Source: Antedon mediterranea (Eukaryota; Animalia; Echinodermata). From it: a DNA stretch of 64,000 bases. The notes under the pieces were generated by a model. It was not told where the DNA came from and made no database searches. It saw only the letters and a list, made by a program, of their open reading frames with translations. The number at the start of each line of letters is the position of its first letter. The stretch's first letter is position 1. Shown piece after piece: positions 27,288 to 40,700 of the stretch. Made by a program: the position numbers and the translations under genes. The stretch covers positions 15,828,871-15,892,870 of the forward strand of contig NC_092676.1 of assembly GCF_964355755.1 (NCBI RefSeq), written 5' to 3'.

Positions 27288-27366
27288 ATATCGTAAAATG
27301 GTTTAAATTGGCCTACTCTTTTATACTTGGCTACTCTAGATACTTACAGAATCTGACCATTAAGAC

Positions 27367-28012
27367 AACTAGAAAGCCACTCCGAGAGGGCATGCCTCCG
27401 CCTACTGTAAAATTCTCCTACATAAAATTTGTCTGGTAAAAAAAATATATATATATATTTGTGTGTGTCTTAATGCTGTTTGTGATTTAGGCTAATTTCA
27501 TTACAAGCATGTGTATGCGAGTTTGGTGTAATGGTTATGTAACAAGCCTTTTCAATTAACAATAGCTTCAGTTGACTAACAATAGAACAGCAACGCGAAA
27601 ATCAAACCAGTGAATTTGAAAAGAAATAGGATTTTTAAACTACTCGCATCAAAAAACGTTTGAAAATTACAATCACAAATTATAACTCTTGCCTCTTGTT
27701 CAAAAATGAAGTTTTTTGGACAAGTAGTTCTCGAGAAAATGCAATTTCAGTTTACTTGTTACTTTAAGACTGCTCGCCCGCTTTTGAAAAATTCTGTCCT
27801 ATCTTTTAACACTAGCAGGTCTAAACAAGTATACTAAAAAGTGGTCCAGAATTGGGACTGTGGTCCCAAATGGTCCCCAAATTTAATGGAATGGTCCTTG
27901 ACCACATATCTATCTGTCTATTTATTTTGGTAAAGATCTTGTAATCCTTTTTGAGTAATCCTGCTAACAAACAAACAAACAAACAAACAAAACTCCTTGG
28001 CGGAGGTAAATA
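27367..28012 (-). mobile_element. Non-autonomous Helentron/HINE (DINE-1-like) element
   Basis: On the minus strand it starts TTTACCTCCGCCAAGGAG, followed by a (GTTT)n microsatellite. It ends GGCGGAGG (subterminal inverted repeat), an imperfect hairpin and CTAGTT. Confidence 0.6.
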
Positions 28013-28041
28013 ATAGAGAGGAAAATTGAACAACCGGGACC

Positions 28042-28339
28042 TGAATAGACAAACCATTCAAAAGTGTCCTGACAAACAGCTCTCTATTGAATACATCGTT
28101 ACACATCGATGCGTGGCACTTTTTAACAGGACCTGAATAGACAAACCATTCAAAAGTGTCCTGACAAACAGCTCTCTATTGAATACATCGTCTGAATAGA
28201 CAAACCATTCAAAAGTGTCCTGACAAACAGCTCTCTATTGAATACATCGTCTGAATAGACAAACCATTCAAAAGTGTCCTGACAAACAGCTCTCTATTGA
28301 ATACATCGTTACACATCGATGCGTGGCACTTTTTAACAG
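28042..28339. repeat. Tandem repeat, four copies of a ~59-bp core (two with a ~30-bp extension)
   Basis: TGAATAGACAAACCATTCAAAAGTGTCCTGACAAACAGCTCTCTATTGAATACATCGT recurs four times. Confidence 0.9.
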
Positions 28340-29069
28340 AATCAATACGGTAATATACACAGCGAAGAGTACATGTTTACAGATACAGTATGCATTTTAA
28401 CCAAAATCAGCTCTACTTATATTTGAAATAAAATAAATACATGCTTGCGGTTGTTTAAAAAAAATTACAACGCACACTTCTATAGATAAAGTTGTATAAT
28501 CTATAATTGTATTATTATTATATGAAGTAATTGTTGCTGCTAGAAAAAAAAGACGATGATATTGAATATCATAATTATAAATGTTATCGTTGAATTACTT
28601 CCGACGTTCTTATGTTTCTTTGTTACCCTTGTTTTTAAAATAACTAAAAAAAACCTTTTCGTTTGAATGCTCATATAAAATGTTAATTAGGTCTAAATAG
28701 TAATGTATATAATGTAACAGTATTAAAAGACATTCGTTTCTAATCTCTCTTCAATCATATTTTGTGATTTGTCGAAAAATGGCTAAAAAAATGATAAGCT
28801 TTTAAAATAATTTACATAATGTGAGTAATAAGTAAAAGCCTAAAATACAGGTATAGCAGTATTGGCACACAATAACTTAATTTTTAAAAGTTGTATTTTT
28901 GCTATTTTTTGATAGAAAATCCATGAGTTTTTCGAAAAATACCAGAATTTTAATCATTTTATTTTGTTTTTTATTTTTACCATTATGAAAAACATTTGGC
29001 AATTTTTGAGATTGTCGTTATGTTAACAAAATAAAAGAGCTGAAATATTTTCCAAATAATCCCCAATTC

Positions 29070-29820
29070 TTTAAGTGATGAACTGAGGAAACATTATTTG
29101 ATTCTGTGCATATCATTATGTAAAAAAGATGATCGAAATTTAACAAATTTCCAAAAATTTTCCTGTACTATAATACATGGATATTTTCGGGAAAAAAAAA
29201 AGATTTTTAAAGAGATGTACTGCGGAAACATGCGCAGAACACATTATTTGATTCTGTGCATATTATTATGTAAAAAAAATGACGAAATTTGACCATTTTC
29301 CTAAAATTTCCCTGTACTATAGCACAGAGATATTTTTGAAAAATTGTCAAACAGCTTTTTAAACTGATCTTTTCAGGTAAAATGCGCACACCACTTTATT
29401 TGATTCTGCGCATATCATTATGTAAAAAAAATGATAACAATTTGACCATTTTCCTAAAATTAAGGATATTTTCGAAAAATTGTCAAACAGCTTTTTAAAC
29501 TGATGTTTTGAGGTAACATGCGTAGACCACTTTATTTGATTCTGTGCATGTCGTTATAGTACCAAAATAATGTTAATAAAAGGGCTGGAATTTGACCATT
29601 TTCCGAAATTTCCAGGGATATTTTCGAAAAAATAAAACGATTTTTTAAGGTGATGTACTGAGGGAAAATCCATATCATTATGTAAAAAAGATGATTGAAA
29701 TTTGAACAATTTCCTAAAATTTTCCTGTACTATAGCACAGGGATATTTTTGAAAATTTTTTAAATGATGTATTGAGGTAACATGCGCAGACCACTACGCA
29801 TGTCATTATGTCAAAAAATA
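29070..29820. repeat. Degenerate ~130-150-bp tandem repeat
   Basis: TTATTTGATTCTG(T/C)GCAT...ATTATGTAAAAAA and TTTGACCATTTTCC...GATATTTT blocks recur 5-6 times. Confidence 0.7.
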
Positions 29821-31781
29821 AAAGGGCAATATTCTAACATTGATAATCTTATCCCAACACACAAAAGTTAGATAAACTAAAAATGAGTTTGGAAACATTT
29901 TATTGGAGATAAATTATGCGGTTTACATACGCAAACAGGTATGGTATATAGGAAATGATAATGCTTACTTGTATGTACATATTATTACAATGAAACGCTT
30001 TATGTACAAGTTCATTTGAAAGAAAATAAAAATATTTGTAAATATATGCTATACACAAATACACATTCTAACCAGGAAACAAGTCCCTGTTGTAACTAGT
30101 GTGAACAAGTTGTTCCTGATTACACAATACTAAGTAAGAAAGCTAGCTATAATGACAACCATTCATAAGTAGCCAATCAGAAGTTCTATTGACATGGATG
30201 TTTATATTCTAAACTTGCATATTACTGTACATCTGAGTTGTTGACTTTTAATCATTTTTAACAACTAGTATTGACTCCAAAAATGTGGAAAACATAATTA
30301 ACATTTATCTATTGACAGTATATAGATAAAAATACTATAATTTTATCATCAAATTATATGATAAAGATTGTATACTTAATATTGTACAGTTTTGTCTATA
30401 ACAACACATTTTGGAAGAATTTCTTGTTTGTACAATACTACAATATTGACATTAAAAATGACATCGATAACATAACATTTGTTCAACATTTCACATTACA
30501 AAACGTATTACATGTTTCTATTCATTAAGATAATACATCATCAATAGAAAAAAAAAACAATATTAAGCTGAAATCTATAAAAAATTATTATAAAAATGAA
30601 TATATAATAAAACTTACACATTTAAAGGCAAGACATATGTTTCTTAAGTTTTGATATTTACATATAGATACAACAAGGTATTACCTGTTAAAATGGTAAA
30701 ATCAATACAGGAAATATAATTTATTGTGTATTCATGATTATGATATACATTTATTTGAATGATTTAAGCAGGAATACAATAACAATTATCTATAAAATAA
30801 TTTCTATTCAAAAAATAATAAATGATGCAGTCGAGTTGTGTTAATTTACGATTGAAATATTTTGAATTGAATACCCTGTGTATATGATCATAATACTATC
30901 AATAATGCATAATATTTCTTCAGTGCAAACATTTTGTTCAGATACAAACAAAATGGTAAATTTAAAATTGTTATGAATAGGTATTATAAAAGCTGCAATT
31001 TTTTATGTACAAAGATTATTTGAGAAATTAATTCCAATAATAGGGCACATTATCGAAAATATATTATACATGAAAACTGAAGTGGCTCTTGACAATCTAG
31101 GACTGAGGTGTGTTCTAACTTTGTTTCAGATATTAACTTAATTTGTTGATTAAACTTACTGTATAACAAGACACAGACTACCTTTATTATCATTCAAAAT
31201 AAACTTAAAGTAGTAATATTCAATTCTTTATAATCAACTTTTATAATTGTGATATAACAATTTAACATACTGTACTACAAATTAATTTATCAAAATATTT
31301 GTTATCATATCTGATTATCTTGGGATTTTTTTTGTAGTAACAGCATATTGAAATTGATTGGGTTTGGAAAACTTTCTTGCCCCAATCAGTATCACGATTT
31401 CAGACTAATATTACTTAACTACAGTAAATTACCAATTCAATAACTGTCCTCTCAATTCACCCTTAATTGTACTTGGTATGAATTTTTTTCCTCCATATTA
31501 ACTATGAGTTCATATTATTTGATCTTAGATACCTGATCACTGAAACCATTGTTGTGCAACTCTTCCTTACTATATAATTAGTTTTTTCTAAGCACAATAG
31601 CACCTCATAAACAAATCTTACAACTACATCCTACCACTCATAGAAAACACATGCATACAAAATAAGTAATCTAAAAACTGAAACACGTTGTTTTACAATA
31701 TTTCATTTCAGTTTATGAATGTAGATTACTTCCCATAATTGAGGTAGTTCAATATTCTAATATCTATTATTTGTTAACAAT

Positions 31782-34700
31782 TTACACATACGATTCTTCA
31801 GTGGTAAACTCATAATTGCCAACTTCATCCATGTAGCTACCCGAGTCGGTGCTACCTTGCTGACTACGTCCCTTAAATGTCTGTCGTTCTTGTAATGCAT
31901 CTTTGCTAATGCCGTTAATAGGCTTTGAATTGTGTGTCATATCTGGAAAGTATTTTGTCTGTGGACTCAGTCCAGAATCTGTAGAATAAGTAGAACTGTT
32001 TGAACTCAATCTATTTGAGTTCAACTTTGAACTCCGTTGAACCGGATAGAAATTATTTGAACTGTTATTTGAGTTCTGTACAGTGTTATTAACAACTCTA
32101 TTTTTAGTTGAGTCAAATACATGATCTTGGCCATAAAACAACGTAGACACAACTTGTGCATTGTCAATCTTGCTTTTTATCTTTTGATCTGAAACAAGAT
32201 CTGGTAAATCTTTGTTTGCCTCAATAGAATCACTGTAACTCCTCTGCAACGGAGCATGCTTTTCTTCATTTGTGATACGATCACTGCTGCTTCGATGCAC
32301 AGGAGCGATCTGCAAATGCCTATCCCATGATACATCAGCCATTGTTAGACGCAAGTCTTCTGCGCTGATGGTTCCACTTTCACTTGATTCAGAGTCGGAC
32401 TCATGATATAATATACCATCCTCGTAATGCATTGAGAATTTCTCTTGACTGTAACTTCTTGGTGGAGGAAGCCTGTACATTGGTCTCTTCAAACCAAGTT
32501 GTAACTTTGATTGCTGCTTGCCAATTTCAGCAGGTCCCTTAGACCATGAATTATCATTCTGATCTCTCTCATTTTGTTTGTTTACTTTAATCAGTAACGC
32601 ATGATCACTAGACTCCATTGTCTGTTCAAAAAGTTTTTTGCGACTCATTGTCTCATGGTATGTTGGTGGATGTGATCTCTGAAGCTCTGCAATTTTACTT
32701 AAACTTGTTGATGGATTTACCAAACTGTCCTCCGTTGATCTTCGATTGTATTGTCGTACAACTGTTTCACTTTGCGATCTCAAAATAGTTGGTTGTTGAG
32801 CTTTTTTAATTTCTTCTTTGCCATTAGGTTTTTGTTGGCGCGCCGGCCTTGTGAATGCAGATTTTGTTGCATGTGATGGAAAAAATTCACCTGCTCGATC
32901 AGATGGATAAACTCTATGGACATTCCCTCGTGATTCATGTGATGGAGCACTATTATGTGACCGTCGACTATGACCGGGAGTGCAATTGTTTTTATCAGAA
33001 ATATTTTTTTGACTGGAAACTGTATCGTAGGTCATTTTTCTGTCATCAATATTATACTTTCTATTTGCCATATCTGTGGCTGGCCGTATATCAACCTTTG
33101 AATGTAATTGTTCCGACGACTGCCTTGAATACCTGGGTGATGGGAATGATTCAGATAATGCGCTACTGCCCATTCTATTTTGTGCAAAGTTAAGTGACAA
33201 CGCAGTGGTTTTTGATCTTTCCTCCTCATGGTATGCATATTTACCCTCATCAAATAAACTTGCTCCTTCAAGGTCCAAGTCCTCTAATGTACGAATCACA
33301 TCAGATGTCAAATCCAATTCATGCTCAGCTTCTCCTAATAAATATCGTCTTGATTTGTTGTTAATTCGTGGCTGCTTTCCTTTGCTTTTAATTGGATCCG
33401 ATTGTCTACGTAACTCAGCCGACAGGTTAAGAGCAACAGGATGTTTCGAGTCGTGTTCAATCTGGTGAGGATGTAGCTGCGATGCACTCATGCTGTGTTG
33501 CAATGGTGGACGCACACCACTATTACTATTATAGGAACCGCATTTTTCACGAGCATCAACTCCAGAGTCTGTTGTATCAGTTGTATCTGATTCAGGGTAT
33601 AACTGTGAGTCACTTAATGTCAGTCCAGAGTCGCGACTCAGACTTGAGGGTGATAACATCGCTGAATTTTTATGTTGGTGATTTTCATCTTGAATGCAAT
33701 ACCTATCAAGACTGTCCAATGATGAGCCTGTAAAAACAAGTTTAACAATTGTTAGCTTTAGCAGTTGTTTAATTTTAATTCTATATTTTTATCTATTATT
33801 TACATTTAATAATAGTAAATTTCATTGAAATGAAATGTATGTAAAAATAGTTGATAATAACTGTAACCAAAAAAACCCATAAAAGCAAGCAAAAACGTAT
33901 GACAATCTTTGCAATCATTTAATTGCTCTTTTCTGCATTCTGAAACATTACTCTTTACCATTACTAAGCCCTTAATGGGATTTGATTGTTTAAAAAAATC
34001 AGCCAATATCAGAATGTCTTTTTTCCTCTCCAGTACCCTTTCGTTTTACCATGTACTCTTTCCTGTTACCAATAACTGAAACATACTTAATAAAACATAG
34101 TATTGCCTTACCATTGACATCATGACCACTATGTAAACTGTCAGAATCACCACTAGAATCAAGCCTCTTTCCTTCCGTTTGCTTCCTCCATGGTTTGCCT
34201 CCAAATATCCGTAATATGTCAGCACCAAAAATGGATCTAGCCTCCTCAATTATGTACTGTACCAATTTGGGAACCATTTTACTTGCTTGAGCCTATCAAA
34301 GTAATAGTATATTATTAGGACTGAAACAATTGTATACTAGTAATAGGTGGTATTTTGGTTGGGTGACCAATAACCCCTTTTCAGCACAACATAGCCACAC
34401 TGACCATTTAAAATAGCAGTTCACATACTGTGTATTGGTTGAATCTGAAAACAAAAGTATATAAAGAAAATGATGCTCATACCTGTACCATAGGGTTACT
34501 GGTAGAAGCTGGATTGAGCAGACTGGGAGCTATACAGATCGCTAAGTTGTATGCAGTCATGCTATTTTCACTTGAATTTTCATTGATGAAATGCAGAACA
34601 CAGAAAAAATGGCGCAATAACTCAAAATTCTCTTTGGGTAACTGTTCTACGCACCTGCAAAATATGATTATTCAAATTTGTTAAACAAGTTCTGAGCAGC

Positions 34701-37700
34701 CCTCTTATCAGGATTGTATTTAAGGCTAGAGTAATCCAACATCAATAACAATAATATAACAATATATGAGATCTGATTTGGTAGAAAGCTTATGAGACCC
34801 ATGTAGAGTGCACACCTAAATAATATTATACAGATATTGACTGCTTAGAGGTTAAATATAAGATTTGACATCCCCTCGGGAATGATATTAAGTTCTCGGG
34901 GAATATATATTTCCCTCAGCTGGCGCTTCAGGAAATATATATTCCCTCGAACTTAATATCATTCCCTCGGGGATGTCAAATCTTATATTAACCGATATAA
35001 AAGGCAATATCTGTTATATTATATAGCCAAGAACAAGTCTGCTGGGTTGGGTGAAGCTAGGCTAGGCCTCCTATACTAGTATTTGTATTGTATTTAAACA
35101 AGCCTGCCTAGACACCTTACCTTGCGAAGAATAATATACAGATAATTACTAATTAATGATTCCTTGGCAATAAAATATTCACTTAGGCCTAGGTCGTTTA
35201 AATTAACAGGAGAATTTCCATCAATAAGCCTATTAATAATAATATTATAATCAGGTAGGCCGAATAAACAATTCGTCTTCTTCTCGCGATCTTCGAGGAG
35301 CCGAATCACCGGATGTTCAGCGCGTACTAGTTACTAGGTTACTACCGTGAGTAATTGACCAATCACAAACTGTGTTTCATCACATTTAGGGTGGAATAAT
35401 AACAAATGAGGGCGCTATGTATGCATAGCTTAAATAGTTTAGAAGATTAATTACTTCAAGCAAGTTTCGTGGCACAGCGGTTGAAACGTTGTCTTGTGAT
35501 GGAGTGACAATTGCATCGCAAGTTCAAGATCAGTAGATGACTTTTGTTTATTTATCGGCAAACGTGAGTGTTGTACACGAAAATTACACAGTCAATATCA
35601 TCGTACTCAAGAATTTATATGATTAATGACAGGGGACACGATTATTATGCGAAAATTACACAGTCAATATCATCGTTCTCGAGGATATATACGATTTACG
35701 ATCCTCGCAGCGGTAGTCATGTGATGCAGTTTCAACCAATCACGTTCGCGTATTTACATAGGCTATGTAATATAACAATATATGAGATCTGATTTGGTAG
35801 AAAGCTTATGAGACCCATGTAGAGTGCACACCTAAAATAAAATACACAATCGTCTAACTGTTTCGCTTATATTATGTTAAATGACTAAGAAACCAATAAT
35901 TGTCATTAGCAATTAGATCTTGAGTTCTATATTCCTATTTAAGTCATCCTTAATTATAAAATGATTTACTTTTGCTTTTTGTGACTTACTTTGTCCTATC
36001 CGTAACACCCATTTAATACAGTTGATGTCATTCATAAGTAGTGCAACCTTTGTTTTTTCTTCTAAAACTCCATTCGAACATAATCTATTTTAATTAGAGA
36101 AATAAAACGCAACAAACTTACTTTCTAACAGCTTCAGTTTTTTCTTTTCCCCCAGACATGTTGACAGTGTTCATCCAGTTATCATACAGGTCATAGTTCA
36201 ACACAAAACAGGGAATATTGCGCAAGAAATCCTACAAAAAACAGACAAACATGTTTGATAAATATTAAATGTATTTAAAGTAGTATGGGTGATGTCTCAG
36301 GGTAGTTCTATGCACCTTCAAATAAATTGTCCAATTTTAATATAATGTCCACTATATTTTGTGGTTATGGATAGTGGTTGTAAGCAGCCAAATGCTATTG
36401 TGATGTGTAGATCCAACCATAATAAGAATGTTATCTAGTTTCCTATAGAAATACAATGTACTCATTAAACTAAATGACTCTATCATATTACATTTAATTT
36501 AATTCTATTATGTTCTTTCGGATGTTATGGCAGGTTGTGAGGTTATTCAACTTACATTAAAAAAGATGCACAAAATAAGGAAAAAAATCTATATAATATA
36601 TGTAAAGTTAAAACATAATGTAAAAGAACAATGAAAAGTTAAATGCTATTTCTATGGTCTGGTATTTGCCCAGACCATGGGCAAGTATGTATGTATGTTA
36701 CTACTTTTACCATTTCTGTTTCAATTACAAAATGGCTGAAACCATGTCATCATAAATAGATCAAAACATGTTTGTACAAAGGTTAAAATAAACCTACACT
36801 TGGACATCTTTAAATCACCTCAGTTTAAAAGACAATTACAGGAAGTTAAAGGACTAGTAATCACTCAAGGAAAAGTTATATAACTTGAGGTGCAATTAAA
36901 ACAACAATATTATCCTAGTTAGATTCTGCTTCAGATCATTTAGGAAGCAATGCAATCATTTATTGGTTGGCTAATCCACAAACATTGTAGTTTGAGAAAA
37001 CTAAATGACTGCAACTTTATCAGTAAGTCTTTAGCAGATAGCATCAACATCTTTATGTCTCATCTAAAGGAAGATGTGAGAGCCCAGTAAAGATATAAGT
37101 TAGTATTGGGATTAAACAATAAAAATTTTTATTATGTGCAGTATAGTGATTTATACCAACCTAGTATAGTGTAATAAATGCTTTTACCATTCTCAACAAT
37201 GTAAAGGAACTTTAAAGATATATAAATATTATTCATACCTTAAATGTTGCAGCGACCACATAAGTTGAATAATCATCCATAGAACACTCGATGCCTGCAT
37301 CCAACTTTTCTTTGAGTTCACGGCATATTCTTGCATTTGCTGACTTTCTAAATACACCAGTTGTAAATGGAGCATTTTGATGGAGATGGCTTAGCATATC
37401 ACTCACTGGCTTTGGAAGGTATTTATCAGGACAAAGTTGAGACAACGGAAGACCAAATAATCTGAAATATAATACAATAATATTCTTTTTCAAAAACTAC
37501 AACAAACACCCTGCATACTAATTTCCATATGAATCTTTTGTTATAAAATTATAAAAAAATTTATTTTTAATTATTTAATTGAGGACACCAATTTTTTTCA
37601 TGGTTACAATGTGCCAACGCATTAAAAATTTGCCCTACATATAAAACAAAGTCTTTAACAAGTTATTAGTAAGTAAATTTGTTCTTTTGTAAGGAAAAAA

Positions 37701-40700
37701 TTCTGGCATGATTTGAACATGCTATTTGCTAGCATCTTAACCACCAAGCTACAACGCCACAAATTGTTTACTTACTTTCCAGCAGCAGATGGTGATGGGG
37801 TTGTGTCAAACAAGTCGGTTTTACTTGTTCCTCTTCTGAATACCAATTTCAAGGGTGATTTTCGTTTTGGTTTCACCCTTTTGTTTGAAATGTCTGAAAG
37901 AAATATAAAAAGAAGCTTTTAAGAGTTTATCAAAATTTAAAGTTGCAGTTATTATTTTTATTATTTTTTTTTATTAAAAATAAATAATTAAATAAACTTA
38001 CCATTGTTTATTGCTTGTGACGTATTTTGTGCTCTCTTCAATACAAATTTACATTGAAATTCATCTGCCACTGTGTCCATGGTCAAGTCTGTTGGTAGTA
38101 CGTATATATCACTTGCTGCTGCAGCGTCACGTAAATGACTAAGTACTATAGAGAACGGCAACTCATGTCCAATAAGTGGGTAAAATGGGTTATCCTTGCC
38201 AGACATCACCCATAATTGATAGTCCTTGAGTTGCGTGTCTGTAATTCCAAATTGATTTAAGCACAAACTAAGAACTTGCTCCGTGCTCTGTGTATTCGTG
38301 ATCTCAAATACTTTGGACTGTGGAAGAAAACGTGAAAGAAGTTAGTAAATACTGACCAATCCAATGAATGACCTACTCGTAATTAGTTATGGCGCGCAAA
38401 ATAGCAGCAAGCTTAGAAACGGTTGTTAATAGTCTCCAGTAATACGATGACGTCTCATTAAACCTCCTTCTGGTTAGATTTGACATTTCCAAATTTAGAA
38501 CTCGTACTTAAACCGGTTTTATGTACGTCATGGAGTTAAATATAATTCTTTATTCACCATTTATCTATAAATATTTCACCTATTTATGACAAAAATTTAA
38601 AATGAGTTGTTTTTATAGTTGTGATAGTGATAACTTGATCATACTGTGCTTATTCACCTATCTTGAACTTGAACACAAATGAAGAATTTCCTTATAAGGT
38701 AATACGATATTAACAAGTTGACCAATTAATAATCATTTTCTTCAAGTTCTACTTTAATTACTTTAGGAATATTGGTCATTTACATAATGTTAAATTTTAA
38801 AGGAAAAGTCAATTTTTTTACTTTCTAGTAAAGTATCAAAGTGATTTTGATATTATGGTTTTTATTTTATGAAATTATATAATATTATAGAAAAGAAATT
38901 CTGATTTTAAACATAATAATATAAGTACATTTTTATTAATTTGAGGTAAAAAAGTACAGTAAGAAAGTCAGAAGGTTTTAGGAATCAAGTCTCAGTGTAA
39001 TCATTTTTTTTCAGATCCATCATTTAAAAATTAATTTTGATTATATAACTAGGCAGTTTGGAGTTTCTCTATGCCTGTAAATTTATATATACTCTATAGT
39101 TTAAATTTCTAGTAAAACAAAAAGTATTGATAAAACAATCAGTTTACTCACAGAACTAGTTTCCTTGCTCTGAATCTTGACTGAAATGCTCTTCGGTTCT
39201 TCTTTATCCTTTTCCATTGTGATATGTCTAAAAGAAAAATGTTGTTTATATAATATTCGAGTGTTAATTATATCATCCAATACACAGATGACGTAGTTAA
39301 TTATAAAATACATGTTTTCACAAGTTATTTCATGTTAGACGACATCCCGCCAAAGTACAATAACAAAGTTGCAGGACATAGGATGCACAAAACACAAGCG
39401 CCGTTTCAAAGTATTTTATATTTCGAGATATTTCCTGTTTATTGCTATGTTTAGATTACATAGAAAGCATAGCTGTATGTTTTGATTTTTTTTTCTTTTC
39501 GTTTTATCATTAACTTATTTCAAATTGGTCAATAAACTTTTCACCTTTCTGTTTGCCTGTTCACTTTCATTTTTTAAGGAAAAATACATTTTTCGCATTT
39601 TTAATAAAAAAAGAAATGCAGACTATAAATAGAAAATATTAAAAATACTTTATTCCATGAGAATTTAGATCAATTTAATTTTGAAAACGTCAACATATTG
39701 TACACTCTGTTTCTATGTACAATGCTCAATATTAAATTCTGTCATTTTTTTACAACACAGAAGTAATTAATTAGACATCGTTAGGCTAAATTAAAAACTA
39801 TTCTTCAATTTGAGGAGTTAAATTTAGACGGAGTACACTTCATCATTTTGTTGCTTTTTATATAATAATCAAATGTACTGACTTGCTAAGTAGATTTTGC
39901 CAGAGTTCCTTCATTGCTATACTTGAGAACGTGACCACGTAGCTAGTAGTAGGCCATCCAAGTACAAATGATTTCTCAGCGGGATTAGACACCTCAGACA
40001 CCTCATCTATACAGGTTGACAGCCAGAGCTCGCTTACTCGCAAACGTGCCTTCAATTTGAATGATGTATGTGATTTACTGAAACGAACATAAACACATCA
40101 TTAGCATCTATTAAACACTTACCAACACAACTGAAATGTATATATAAATTCCAACGTTGATGCAAATACATACATTGGCGTTTACTCATACTGATTTATT
40201 TTTAGTATGTGAAATATTATATGTTGTAATAGTAGTACTGGCTTGTAGGTGTTTATGGCTAAGAATTGGTTTGCACAGTCAACTAGTACCAAAGCACACC
40301 TTAAGGGCATTATCCAACAAATTATATCATGCTTCCGTTAAAAAATGCTTGTTAGCAGCATCAATAATCGCCGCCGACAATCGTTGTACCAGTTCATACT
40401 TAATAGATCTACCAGCTTTTCTCTTGGCTTGTTGTTGCCAGATACATAATGTTAAATTTATTCCCATACTCTCCTTAATGGATGCATTGAAAACATTTAT
40501 AAGAACTTGATTTCTTTATTTTGCAAATGTATTCCGAAAAAAAATGTTTACCACAGAGATTGAAATGTAAGTTTTGAGAAATATGTACTGTGATTACAAA
40601 AAATTCACAATGATATGGACGAAAAAAATGTCAACACATTAACTCATTCTGATACGCAATCAATCTACGTTCTATTTTCAGATTTTTATTGTCGGTATTT

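Noticed and set aside
32855-33733. Plus-strand ORFs overlapping the ARHGAP20-like last exon, and similar antisense ORFs in the TRIM and Penelope ORFs
   Set aside because: Antisense shadows of real coding sequence with no motifs of their own.
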